Origin: Acidobacteriota bacterium
Lineage (GTDB): Bacteria; Acidobacteriota; UBA6911; RPQK01; JAJDTT01
DNA: 64,000 bases
Assembly (NCBI GenBank): GCA_965217775.1
Contig: CBDCJH010000002.1
Coordinates: 3,904,001 to 3,968,000, forward strand
Direction: 5' to 3'
Shown here: piece after piece, positions 1 to 9,333 of the stretch
Numbering within the stretch: the first letter of the stretch is position 1
Layout: every line of letters begins with the position of its first letter
Notes under the pieces: generated by a model
The model's input: the letters and a program-made list of their open reading frames with translations, nothing else
The model's database searches: none
What the model was told of the DNA's origin: nothing
Program-made: the position numbers and the translations under genes

Positions 1-1
1 C

Positions 2-2815
2 CAACAGAATGGGCACGTATCCGCGACCATCGATGGACAATCCGTTTCCGTCCTTCGCGGAGCGACCATTCTGGAGGCCATGAAGCCCATTGGGCGCACC
101 GTTCCCACGCTCTGCTACTCCGATCGAATGGAACCGTTCGGCGCCTGCCGGACCTGCCTGGTGGAGCAGGTGGGAGGCAAACCGGTCGCTTCGTGCCACA
201 CCCAGGTTCGGGAGGGCGGCGTCTACACCACCCGATCCCCCCTGCTGACCCGCCTGCGGCGCAACATCACCGAGTTGATCGTCTCGGACCATCCTCTGGA
301 ATGCCTGGACTGCACCGCCAACGGGCGCTGCGAGCTCCAGTCGCTGGCCCAGGACGTGGGTCTGCGCACTCCTCGCTACGACAGTCCGCGCATCCACACC
401 CCGCCGATGGACAACACCCATCCCTTCATCAAGCTGGAGATGGACAAGTGCATCGGCTGCGCCCGGTGCGTGCGGGCGTGCGACGAGATCCAGGGTTCCT
501 TCATCCTGGGAATGTCCGGGCGCGGCTATGACGTCCAGGTCATTGCGGGCAACGACACCGGGTTCGAGGAGGCGGACTGCGTCAGTTGCGGCCAGTGCGT
601 TTACGAGTGCCCCGTCGCCGCCCTGGAGGAGACCCAGACCCGGGCTCATGGCCTGCCTGACGAGACCGTCACCACGACCTGCAGTTACTGCGGAGTCGGG
701 TGCTCTCTGAACGTGAACATGAAGGACGGGGAGATCGTCAACATCGAGCCGAATCCTGAGGGGAGCGCCAATCTGGGGCACACCTGCGTCAAGGGGCGGT
801 TCGCCCATCAGTTCGGCAAGAGCAAGGACCGGCTTCGAGTTCCGCTGATCAAGGACGGCGACGGCAATTTCCGCGAGGCCTCCTGGGACGAGGCCTTCGA
901 CCTGATTGCCCGCAAGCTGTTGGAAGTCCGGGAACGGTACGGCCCGGAAGGTTTCGCCTTGATCAGTTCGTCCCGCTGCACCAACGAAGAGAATTTCCTG
1001 ACCCAGAAGTTCACCCGCACCATCATGCGGACCAACTCCGTGGACAATTGTTCGCGGGTCTGCCACTCCCCCTCGGCCTTCGCCCTGGGCGCGGCTTTGG
1101 GGACGGGAGCGGGGACCAACAGCTTCCAGGACGTGGAAAAGTCGAAGCTGCTCATGATCGTGGGCGCCAATCCCACCGAGGCTCACCCGGTCTTCGGCGC
1201 CCGCATGAAGCAGGCCGTCCTCAAGGGCTGCCAGCTCATCGTACTGGATCCCCGGAACACGGAACTGGCCCGGTGGGCGGACCTCCACCTGGCTCTGACA
1301 CCGGGTTCAAACGTCGCCGTCATCAACGCCATGCAGCATGTTCTCCTCACGGAGAGGCTCATCGACCAGAACTTCATCGACCGGTACAGCGAAGGCTTCG
1401 AGGAACTCAAGGCCGAGTTGGCTTCCTGCACGCCCGAGTGGGCCGGTGAGATCAGCGGAGTGGAACCCGATCTGATCCGAAAGGCGGCCCGGATGTATGC
1501 GGCCAGCGGCGCCAGCCAGATCCTGTGGGGTCTGGGGGTGACCGAAGCCGGACACGGGTCCAATGCCGTCTTCGGCATGATCAACATGGCCGTCATGACC
1601 GGAAACATCGGCCGGCCGGGCACCGGAACCTGTCCCATCCGGGGACAGAACAACGTCCAGGGCGCGTCCGACATGGGCGCGCTGCCCAACGTCTTCAGCG
1701 ACTACCGCCAGACCACGGATCCCCAGGCTCGGGCCGAGCACGAAGAGGTCTGGGGATGTCCGGTACCGGACAACACCGGACTGCGCATTCCCGACATGTT
1801 CGACGCGGCGCACGAGGGAACGCTCAAGGCCATGTACGTACTGGCCGAAGACATCGCCCAGTCGGACCCGGATACGGCCCATGTGGTGGGGGCTCTGGAA
1901 AAGCTGGATTTCCTGGTGGTCCAGGACATCTTCATGTGTGAGACGGCCAAGTACGCCGACGTCGTGCTGCCCGGATCCACCTTCCTGGAAAAGAACGGCA
2001 CCTTCACCAACTCCGATCGCCGGGTCCAGCGCGTCCGAGAAGTGGCGGCGCCTCCAGGCGAACTCATGGCCGACGGAGACGTGGTCAACACGGTGGCCCG
2101 CCGCATGGGTTTCGACCTCGGTTTCGACGACGGTCCGGGGACCCCCATCGATCCCAGCCGGATCATGGACGAGATCGCGCGGCTCACTCCCAAGTGGGGC
2201 GGCGTCCGCTACGACCGGCTCGAGCAGGAGGGGTTTCTCCAGTGGCCCTGCTACGACGAGAACCACCCGGGCACTCCTATCGTCCACGAGGGGGGCGACT
2301 TCCTGCGCGGCAAGGCGCAGTTGACGGTCACGCCGTGGCAGGAACCGGGTGAGCTGCCCAGCGACGAGTTCCCCTTCTATCTGACCACCGGCCGGATGCT
2401 CTTCCACTACAACGTGGGGACTCAGACCCGCCGCACCGCCGTGAGCAAGCTGGACAAGGCCCGGGAAGAGAAGGTGCGGATCCATCCCCGAGACGCCCGC
2501 TCCCTGGGCATCCGGGAAGAAGAGTTGGTGGACGTCATCTCCCGCCGGGGACGGGTTCGGGTCAAGGCCGAGATCACCAAGGCCAGCAACGTGGGCACCG
2601 TCTTCATGACCTTCCACTATCCCGAGACCCGAACCAACATCCTGGTGGGAGACGCCAAGGACGAGTTCACCGGTTGTCCCGAATACAAGGTCAGCGCGGT
2701 TCGGCTGGAGAAGGTAGCCACCGGGATCGAAGAGAGCTTCGCCCTACCCGGCGTGACCATCGAAGGCGAGCCGGTGCCGGTGGACCACCGGGAACTGGCC
2801 CTGGCCAAGGCGTAG
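2..2815 (+). CDS. fdhF: Formate dehydrogenase alpha subunit (molybdopterin oxidoreductase with N-terminal Fe-S domains); 5' end lies before the window
   Basis: Frame is open from nt 2 (QQNGHVSATIDG...). Motifs GACRTCLVE, HPLECLDC, CIGCARCVRAC, CVSCGQCVYECP, TCSYCGVGC, active-site NCSRVCH (Cys, not Sec), RGQNNVQG, C-terminal TTGR...PEYK. Confidence 0.92.
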   Translation, partial: QQNGHVSATIDGQSVSVLRGATILEAMKPIGRTVPTLCYSDRMEPFGACRTCLVEQVGGKPVASCHTQVREGGVYTTRSPLLTRLRRNITELIVSDHPLECLDCTANGRCELQSLAQDVGLRTPRYDSPRIHTPPMDNTHPFIKLEMDKCIGCARCVRACDEIQGSFILGMSGRGYDVQVIAGNDTGFEEADCVSCGQCVYECPVAALEETQTRAHGLPDETVTTTCSYCGVGCSLNVNMKDGEIVNIEPNPEGSANLGHTCVKGRFAHQFGKSKDRLRVPLIKDGDGNFREASWDEAFDLIARKLLEVRERYGPEGFALISSSRCTNEENFLTQKFTRTIMRTNSVDNCSRVCHSPSAFALGAALGTGAGTNSFQDVEKSKLLMIVGANPTEAHPVFGARMKQAVLKGCQLIVLDPRNTELARWADLHLALTPGSNVAVINAMQHVLLTERLIDQNFIDRYSEGFEELKAELASCTPEWAGEISGVEPDLIRKAARMYAASGASQILWGLGVTEAGHGSNAVFGMINMAVMTGNIGRPGTGTCPIRGQNNVQGASDMGALPNVFSDYRQTTDPQARAEHEEVWGCPVPDNTGLRIPDMFDAAHEGTLKAMYVLAEDIAQSDPDTAHVVGALEKLDFLVVQDIFMCETAKYADVVLPGSTFLEKNGTFTNSDRRVQRVREVAAPPGELMADGDVVNTVARRMGFDLGFDDGPGTPIDPSRIMDEIARLTPKWGGVRYDRLEQEGFLQWPCYDENHPGTPIVHEGGDFLRGKAQLTVTPWQEPGELPSDEFPFYLTTGRMLFHYNVGTQTRRTAVSKLDKAREEKVRIHPRDARSLGIREEELVDVISRRGRVRVKAEITKASNVGTVFMTFHYPETRTNILVGDAKDEFTGCPEYKVSAVRLEKVATGIEESFALPGVTIEGEPVPVDHRELALAKA

Positions 2816-2833
2816 CCTCCGAACTTTCCATGT

Positions 2834-2916
2834 ACAGGAGCGGCGGTTTCCCAGCCGCCGAACTCCTTTCTAAGCGTCGAAGATTGGGGGAATGGGGGAC
2901 AAGAATGTCCCCTCTT
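2834..2916. repeat. REP-like palindrome pair (REPIN-like) downstream of fdh
   Basis: ACAGGAGCGGCGGTTTCCCAGCCGCCGAACTCC is near-identical to the units at 50432-50512; followed by hairpin GGGGAC-AAGAAT-GTCCCC. Confidence 0.7.
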
Positions 2917-2930
2917 ACGTCTCTCTCGGA

Positions 2931-3136
2931 AAGAAGGGGACAGTCTGTTTTGCTGCCGTGCTGCCGTGCCGCGCGTGCTGCCGTGCCGCGCGCGTTCCGT
3001 TCCGGAAAGGGACAGTCTCGATTCCGGTCTGGAACGGTCCTACACATCGAGCGGGTCCGAAAGAAGGGGACAGTCTGTTTTGCCGGTTTTTCCGTGCCGC
3101 GCCGGGAAGCCGCGGAAAGGGACAGTCTCGATTCCG
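2931..3136 (+). repeat. Left cluster of GGGACAGTCT-core repeats flanking the Y1 transposase
   Basis: AAGAAGGGGACAGTCTGTTTTGC at 2931 and 3061; variant GGAAAGGGACAGTCTCGATTCCG at 3004 and 3114. Confidence 0.9.
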
Positions 3137-3378
3137 ATCCGGATCCGCGGATCCGCGAGTGGGCCCGCGCGATTGCGGATGGGATCAAGCTGCTCTTGTA
3201 TGGCCGGGCCGCCGGGATTGGACCGCCTCGTCGCGATCCTCGTTCAAACCTGCTTCCCCTGTTCTCCTGAACCGTCAGGAAAGTGGGGAAAGTCCAGAGT
3301 CTATTGGGCGGTTTCCGTGATCTGGGTCGTTCGGTGCCACGGTGGCAGAATCGACGGACGGGCGGAGATCAGGCGAGT

Positions 3379-4320
3379 CTACGTGACGAAGGCGTGCGAG
3401 CGCTGCTCCCGCAGGGAAAACAGCACTCCGCCCAGTTGGGGGATGGGGTGTCGGCGACGCCGATATCGACCTTGCTTTCGATACGTCTCCAGCAGCTGCG
3501 CCACCTTCTCTGCCGGACCGACGGCCAACCCGTCCGTCAGAAATCGCAAACGCCGGAGAAAGGCTCCGGCACGGGTAAATCCACGTCGCTGCTCCTGAAG
3601 GAGGATCCACCGGGGGATCGCAGCCTGGTTCTCCCGGGTGGGGACGGCTCCTCGATAGTACAAGCGAGCCCGGTAACTACTGTACACGTCCGCTCCGGGA
3701 TCCGAGGGGAACAGTTCCTCCAGTGGAATCAGATCTTGATCCTCGCCAGTGAGTCTCCAGCGGGCCGAGCCCCACTGCCATTGCTCGGGCCTTTTGACCA
3801 GTCCGGCCCGGACGGCGTTGAGTTCCACGTAGAGGATGGCGTCCTGGACGGCTTCGCTTCCCAAGAGTTCCAGGTTCTTGAAACGATCACCCCAAAGATG
3901 GCCTCGCCGTTTGAAATTGCGGTTGAACCACCGGGCATAGAACCCGTCCACGTTCGCCATCAGTTTCGACACGTCAAAGAGACGCTGGTTGAAAGCCTCC
4001 CACTGGGCGACGGTCCAATCGGCGGTTTTCTTCTCTGCCTGTTGTCCATAAAGCTTGTGGGCGCTGTCCATCAACTCGTCGCGGGACAGGGGGCGGGGTT
4101 TCTCAAAATGGATGACGAAGTGGAAGTGATTGCCCATGATCTGGAAAGCGGCCAAACGACACCGGTAGACATTGACGTAGAACGACATCATGTCCAGGAG
4201 TTTGCGACCGGCTTCGTGGTTTTTAAAGGGGAACCAATCGGAATTGCCGGCGACTCGATTGGTGAGGTGATAGAAGGCGGCTTCTGAACTCTTGTGTCGT
4301 GCGGCTCGGGGCATGGCCAC
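3379..4320 (-). CDS. HUH/Y1 tyrosine transposase (IS200/RAYT-like TnpA-Y1, long form)
   Basis: MPRAAR...FYHLTNR N-terminus, HUH motif MGNHFHFV, RRGHLWGDRFK, catalytic Tyr in AILYVELNAVRAGLV...WQWGS; no adjacent tnpB. Confidence 0.88.
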   Translation of the reverse strand: MAMPRAARHKSSEAAFYHLTNRVAGNSDWFPFKNHEAGRKLLDMMSFYVNVYRCRLAAFQIMGNHFHFVIHFEKPRPLSRDELMDSAHKLYGQQAEKKTADWTVAQWEAFNQRLFDVSKLMANVDGFYARWFNRNFKRRGHLWGDRFKNLELLGSEAVQDAILYVELNAVRAGLVKRPEQWQWGSARWRLTGEDQDLIPLEELFPSDPGADVYSSYRARLYYRGAVPTRENQAAIPRWILLQEQRRGFTRAGAFLRRLRFLTDGLAVGPAEKVAQLLETYRKQGRYRRRRHPIPQLGGVLFSLREQRSHAFVT

Positions 4321-4514
4321 GATCCTCGGTTCGGTTAATCGGACTCGGACTCGCGGGGTAGTCGTTTCGCAAACCTTTATGACACCAACGATTCAGAACT
4401 GAGAAAGGCGAAGGAAACTCAAGAAAATCACCAAACCTCCCGTTTGCGGAAGCAACCGAGGAAACTTGACCAAGTCGCCACCTCAGTTGTCTTTGCAGGC
4501 CCGTGCCCCTCGGT

Positions 4515-4793
4515 AAAACAGACTGTCCCCTTCTAATAAAACAAATAAAACATGCCCGTCCCCGTCCCGGGCAAAACATGCCCGTCCCCGTCCCGGCAAA
4601 ACAGACTGTCCCTTTCTTGCCTTCGGCGTGTCCCTTTCTTGCCTTCGGCGAAGGAGCCGACACCTTTGTGGTCTGCCCTGTGCCTCCCGTCCCAGCAAAA
4701 CACAGCAAAACAGACTGTCCCCTTCTTGCCCCGGCATGCCCCGGCATGCCCCGGCAAAACAGACTGTCCCCTTCTTGCCGTCCCCTTCTTGCC
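4515..4793 (-). repeat. Right cluster of the same repeat in inverted orientation, plus half-sites
   Basis: (GC)AAAACAGACTGTCCC(C/T)TTCT at 4515, 4596, 4705 and 4754. The 4705 and 4754 copies are exact reverse complements of the 2931 motif. Isolated GTCCC(C/T)TTCTTGCC and GCAAAACA halves lie between them. Confidence 0.9.
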
Positions 4794-4838
4794 CCCCCTT
4801 GCCCGTCTGCCCTGCCTCGCTTGCCCGTCTGCCCGACC

Positions 4839-5035
4839 ATCCCGAGACCCGCACCAACATCCTGGTGGGAGACGCCAAGGATGAGTTCACCGGTTGTCCC
4901 GAATACAAGGTGAGTGCGGTTCGGCTGGAGAAGGTGGTCACCGGGATCGAAGAGAGCTTTGCCCTGCCCGGCGTGACCATCGAAGGTGAGCGGGTGCCGG
5001 TGGACCACCGGGAACTGGCCCTGGCTAAAGCCTGA
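4839..5035 (+). pseudogene. Second, diverged copy of the last 197 nt of the formate dehydrogenase gene
   Basis: Aligns without gaps to 2619-2815 (offset 2220); encodes PETRTNILVGDAKDEFTGCPEYKVSAVRLEK...LALAKA*; no start codon. Confidence 0.95.
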
Positions 5036-5050
5036 TCGCCGGATTCAATC

Positions 5051-6112
5051 TCAATCCCCGTTCCAGTTCGTGGAATCCAGCCCGAAGTGTTTCATCTGCC
5101 GGCGGATCCGGTCCCAGGTCTGGTCGTCCACCTCGATGCCTTCCGACTCGCGCTTCCGGGCACTCCGGAATTCCGGCTCGCCGGGAAGCAGGATCTCCCG
5201 GAAGCCGGGAGCCAGACGGCTGGTTCGGATGTGGGCGATCATGGCATCCAGTTCATCGTAGTAGGTTTCCAGTTCGGTGAAGTGCTCGATGTGGTAGACG
5301 GTCAGGAGTACTCCATTGCTGACGAACTTGGGGGCGCCGGCCGCGCAGCCCTCGCCGCCAACGGCTCCTCCCATGACCTCCACCATCATGGACAGTCCGT
5401 AGCCCTTGTGAGCTACCACCCCGCCCAGAGGGAGGAGCGCCCCGGGTGGATCGGATTTCACCTTCTGCGGGTCGGTGGTGGGCCTGCCCTGGAAGTCGAC
5501 GGCCCAACCCTCGGGGATGGACTCACCGCGGTTGATGGCCACACGAACCTTCCCTTCGGCCACCACCGAAGTGGTCATGTCCAACAACAGCGGTTCGTGG
5601 CCGCGGCGGGGGGCGGCGAAGGCCAGGGGATTGGTGGACAGCCGGCCTATCCGGCCCCCGAAGGGGATCACCTGCGCGCCCAGATGTCCCGCGTTGGCGA
5701 AGAGCTGGGCCATGAATCCGGACCGGGCGGCCATCAGTGGATAAGCCCCCACCCGGCCGATATGGCTGGTGTTGCGCAGGGTCACGGTCGCCACACCGTG
5801 GACTCGCGCCTTCTCCATGGCCAGCCGGGTCGCGAAGGCGGCACCCACCTGCCCCAGGGCGCCTCCTCCGTCCACCACGGCCGAGCTGGGACGTTCCTGG
5901 ACGATCCTGGGCCGGGCGCCGGGATTGAAGCGGCCGTCACGAATCCCTTGAGCGTACTCGTAGAACCGGATGGCTCCATGGGAATCGTGGCCGAAGAGGC
6001 TCGACTCCACCAGGTGGTCCACTACGACCTGGGCATCCTCCGGACGACAACCCGCGGCCTGGAAGAGCCGATAGCCGACTTCCCTCAGGGCTTGGGGGGA
6101 GAACCTGGGCAA
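5051..6112 (-). CDS. Ldh_2 family oxidoreductase (malate/L-lactate dehydrogenase, YbiC-like), paralog 2
   Basis: GHDSHG, RNTSHIGRVG, STNPLAFAAP, LDMTTS, HKGYGL, LPGEPE motifs. Confidence 0.9.
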   Translation of the reverse strand: MPRFSPQALREVGYRLFQAAGCRPEDAQVVVDHLVESSLFGHDSHGAIRFYEYAQGIRDGRFNPGARPRIVQERPSSAVVDGGGALGQVGAAFATRLAMEKARVHGVATVTLRNTSHIGRVGAYPLMAARSGFMAQLFANAGHLGAQVIPFGGRIGRLSTNPLAFAAPRRGHEPLLLDMTTSVVAEGKVRVAINRGESIPEGWAVDFQGRPTTDPQKVKSDPPGALLPLGGVVAHKGYGLSMMVEVMGGAVGGEGCAAGAPKFVSNGVLLTVYHIEHFTELETYYDELDAMIAHIRTSRLAPGFREILLPGEPEFRSARKRESEGIEVDDQTWDRIRRQMKHFGLDSTNWNGD

Positions 6113-6148
6113 GGGAGTACTCCTTTCCTGCGCCGTATCCGTCGTTCT

Positions 6149-7204
6149 CTAACCGGCCGCCGGCAGGGGCAAGCCGAGACGTTCCATGTCAGCGCCGATG
6201 AGGGACCAGGTCTTGGCGTCGATGTCGATTCCATTTATTTCCCTCTGTTGAGCCGATCGCAGCTCAGGCTCCCCTGGAAGCAGGATCCCGTGAAACCCCG
6301 GGGCGGGCGGGCTGGACCGGACGTACCGGATCAACGCCTCCACCTCCTGGTAGTAGTCCTCCAGGTCGATGAAGTGATCGATCCGATGGACCACCAGGAG
6401 CATGCCGTTGCTGACCATCTCCGATTCACCGACGCAACATCCCTGGCCGCTCAGGGTTCCCGCCAAGAGCTCCACCATGAGGCTCATCCCGTATCCCTTG
6501 TGGGACGCGATTCCGCCCAGGGGGAGGATCGCGCCTCTCGGTTCGGCCCTGAAACTGTCGGGATCGGTGGTGGGGCGTCCCTGGTGATCGATGAGCCATC
6601 CTTCCGGCACCCGTTTCCCGGCGTAGGAGGCGACCCGCACCTTGCCTTCGGCGGCCACTGACGTGGTCATGTCCAGAAAGATGGGCTCCGTGTCGCGCCG
6701 GGGGGCCGCGAAAGCCAGGGGATCGGTGGTGAGACGCGCGTCGATGCCACCGAAAGGCGCAATCTGGTTTCCGAAGCGGCCGCCGTTGACAAAAGCCTGG
6801 CCGATCATTCCGCCGCGGGCCACCATCAACGGGTAGGCCCCGACTCGGCCCACGTGGCTCGTGTTGCGCAGCGAAACCGCGGCCACTCCATGCTGGGAGG
6901 CCTTGTCCATGGCCAAACGGGTGGCGAAGGCGGCGCCAACCTGACCCAGCGCGCCGGCGGCGTCCACGACCGCACAGGAGGGATGGTCCCGGACCACTCT
7001 GGGCTGGGCCTTGGCCTGGAAACGCCCCTTCCGGATGGCGTCCATATACTCAGGGTAACGGATGACCCCGTGGGAATCGTGTCCGAAGAGATTCGACTCC
7101 ACCAGATGATGGGTGACGACCCGGGCATCCGCCGCGTCGCATCCGGCGGCCTCGAAGAGCTGGTAGCCGATCCGGCGCAGGGTTTCGGCTTGGACGATGG
7201 GCAT
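6149..7204 (-). CDS. Ldh_2 family oxidoreductase, paralog 1
   Basis: Same motifs (GHDSHG, SHVGRVG, LDMTTS, HKGYG); colinear with 5051-6112. Confidence 0.9.
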   Translation of the reverse strand: MPIVQAETLRRIGYQLFEAAGCDAADARVVTHHLVESNLFGHDSHGVIRYPEYMDAIRKGRFQAKAQPRVVRDHPSCAVVDAAGALGQVGAAFATRLAMDKASQHGVAAVSLRNTSHVGRVGAYPLMVARGGMIGQAFVNGGRFGNQIAPFGGIDARLTTDPLAFAAPRRDTEPIFLDMTTSVAAEGKVRVASYAGKRVPEGWLIDHQGRPTTDPDSFRAEPRGAILPLGGIASHKGYGMSLMVELLAGTLSGQGCCVGESEMVSNGMLLVVHRIDHFIDLEDYYQEVEALIRYVRSSPPAPGFHGILLPGEPELRSAQQREINGIDIDAKTWSLIGADMERLGLPLPAAG

Positions 7205-7362
7205 GGCGGCAATTTCTCCAGCGGCGGATTGTAAAGGATGGGGTCCCTACTGTCAGCCGCCGATCCGGCAAGAATCGGCGGGGGAGATTGCCAGACTCGG
7301 CTCTCCGTTGGCAAAATGGAGCCCGCCAACGTCTTTGAGACGTTCACGGGAAGGGTAGCGCA

Positions 7363-8235
7363 ATGGACACCTCTTTCACCAACAGTCGAGAAAGCCTGGA
7401 GCGGGCGAACCGGGTCCCGGAAAGCCATTGGCACAGTCTGAACCGCGCCCAGCAGTTTCGTTCCATCGAGTTGGACGGTTTCGCCGTCGTTCCTGATCTC
7501 CTGAGCGAGGAACTGATGGAGGAGATCCGGGAGGAGACCTCCAGAGTCCCCACCACCGCGGTCGATTACAGCGAGCATCAGCGATACTTTTCCGATGTGC
7601 AGTGGACCGACTCACCCCACGCCACCTCGGTCATTGCTCTGCCGGCCACGGTGGAGTTCCTGGAAGAACTCCTGGGTGACAAGCTGATCTGCACCTCCTC
7701 CTCGTATGTCGAGTCCAGGCCGGGCCACCCGGGAATCTCCATTCACACCGATGCCCAGCCCTACGGGTCCAAGATATTCGGAATCGCGTCCAGCTCGCCC
7801 TGCCTGGTCCGAGTCCTCTACTACCTGGACGACCTGACTCCGGAGTGCTCCCCCTTCAAGGTCATTCCGCGCTCCCACCTGTCGCTGCACAGCGACGCCA
7901 ACCCCTACAACAAATACCTTTCCCACGACGATGAGTTGATGGTGACCTGCCGCGCCGGCTCGGCGGTGATCATCAACCAGAAGGTGTTTCACGGCAACTT
8001 TCCCAACTACAGCGACCGGATCCGCCGCATGTTCGCCATCGCCTACCGGCCCGCCTGGGCGGGTCCCATAGACGAGGTTCCCGAGCGCGACCCGGAGCAG
8101 GTGGCCGGTCTACCTCCGGCCGTCCGTAAATACTTCAGGAGCCTGAATACACGGAGGATCGAGTTCGATTTTCCGAACCGCCCGGACAACCTGGCGAGGC
8201 ATGCCGCGGGCATCTCGCCCGGCCGCTGGAGCTGA
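7363..8235 (+). CDS. Phytanoyl-CoA dioxygenase (PhyH) family Fe(II)/2OG oxygenase, copy 1
   Basis: F..DGF.VV.DLL, HTD facial-triad motif, YYLDDLT, VIPRSH, AGS.VI...VFHGNFPN.S..IRR; 290 aa. Confidence 0.85.
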   Translation: MDTSFTNSRESLERANRVPESHWHSLNRAQQFRSIELDGFAVVPDLLSEELMEEIREETSRVPTTAVDYSEHQRYFSDVQWTDSPHATSVIALPATVEFLEELLGDKLICTSSSYVESRPGHPGISIHTDAQPYGSKIFGIASSSPCLVRVLYYLDDLTPECSPFKVIPRSHLSLHSDANPYNKYLSHDDELMVTCRAGSAVIINQKVFHGNFPNYSDRIRRMFAIAYRPAWAGPIDEVPERDPEQVAGLPPAVRKYFRSLNTRRIEFDFPNRPDNLARHAAGISPGRWS

Positions 8236-8347
8236 TCCAGGTTATGAGGGGATGGGACGCCGCGATTCACCGCCTGGACCGAAGCGCACCTTGCCCCAGA
8301 CAGGAACGATTCGGACCAGGAAGAATGAAGGGAGGAAGGGGAGAGAA

Positions 8348-9220
8348 ATGGACACTTCTTTCACCAACAGTCGAGAAAGCCTGGAGCGGGCGAACCGCGT
8401 CCTGGAGGGCCATTGGACCAGTCTGACCCGGCCCCAGCAGTTTCGCTCCCTCGAGTTGGAGGGTTTCGTCGTCGTTCCTGATCTGCTGAGCGAGGAACTG
8501 GTGGAGGAGATCCGCGAGGAGACTTCCAGGCTCCCCACCACGGCGGTCGATTACAGCGAGCATCAGCGGTACTTGTCCGATGTGCAGTGGACCGACTCAC
8601 CCCGATCCACCTCGGTCATTGCTCTGCCGGCCACGGTGGAGTTGCTGGAAGAGCTCTTGGGCGACGAGCTGATCTGCACCTCGTGCACGTACGCCGAATC
8701 CAGGCCGGGCCACCCGGGAATCTCCTTTCACACCGATGCCCAGCCCTACGGGAACAAGACCTCCGGAGTTCTGACCAGCTCGCCCTGTCTGGTCCGCGTC
8801 CTCTACTACCTGGACGACCTGACTCCGGAGTGCTCCCCCTTCAAGGTGATTCCACGCTCTCACCTGTCGCTGCACAGCGACGCCAACCCCTACAACCGCT
8901 ACCTTTCCCACGACGATGAGTTGATGGTGACCTGCCGCGCCGGCTCGGCGGTGATCATCAACCAGAAGGTGTTTCACGGCAATTTCCCCAACTACAGCGA
9001 CCGGATCCGCCGCATGCTGGCCATCGCCTACCGGCCCACTTGGGCGGGTCCCATAGACGACGTTCCGGAGCGCGACCCGGAGAAGGTGGCCGGTCTCCCT
9101 CCGGCCGTCCGAAAATATTTCAGAAGTCTCAACACGCGGAACATTAATTTCGATCTGCCGAACCGCCCGGACAACATGGCGAGGCATGCCGCGGGCATTT
9201 CGCCTGGGCGCTGGGGCTGA
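8348..9220 (+). CDS. PhyH family dioxygenase, copy 2
   Basis: ATG at 8348 gives 290 aa, colinear with copies 1 and 3. Confidence 0.85.
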   Translation: MDTSFTNSRESLERANRVLEGHWTSLTRPQQFRSLELEGFVVVPDLLSEELVEEIREETSRLPTTAVDYSEHQRYLSDVQWTDSPRSTSVIALPATVELLEELLGDELICTSCTYAESRPGHPGISFHTDAQPYGNKTSGVLTSSPCLVRVLYYLDDLTPECSPFKVIPRSHLSLHSDANPYNRYLSHDDELMVTCRAGSAVIINQKVFHGNFPNYSDRIRRMLAIAYRPTWAGPIDDVPERDPEKVAGLPPAVRKYFRSLNTRNINFDLPNRPDNMARHAAGISPGRWG

Positions 9221-9333
9221 TCCCGGGATATGGGAGGACGGGACGCCGCGATTCCTCGCCTGGATTCAGGCGGACCTGGCCCCAGACGGAGTAGACTCAG
9301 ACCAGGAAGAACGAAGGGAGGATAGTTAGAGAA

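Noticed and set aside
1040-1070. Selenocysteine in formate dehydrogenase
   Set aside because: The active-site codon is TGC (Cys) and there is no in-frame TGA.
2931-4793. CRISPR array around the Y1 gene
   Set aside because: Spacing is irregular, the two clusters are inverted relative to each other, and there are no cas genes.
2619-5035. Diversity-generating retroelement TR/VR pair (gene 3' end repeat plus an RT in the window)
   Set aside because: Differences are mostly synonymous and not adenine-specific, and the only RT is a bona fide group II intron protein 20 kb away.
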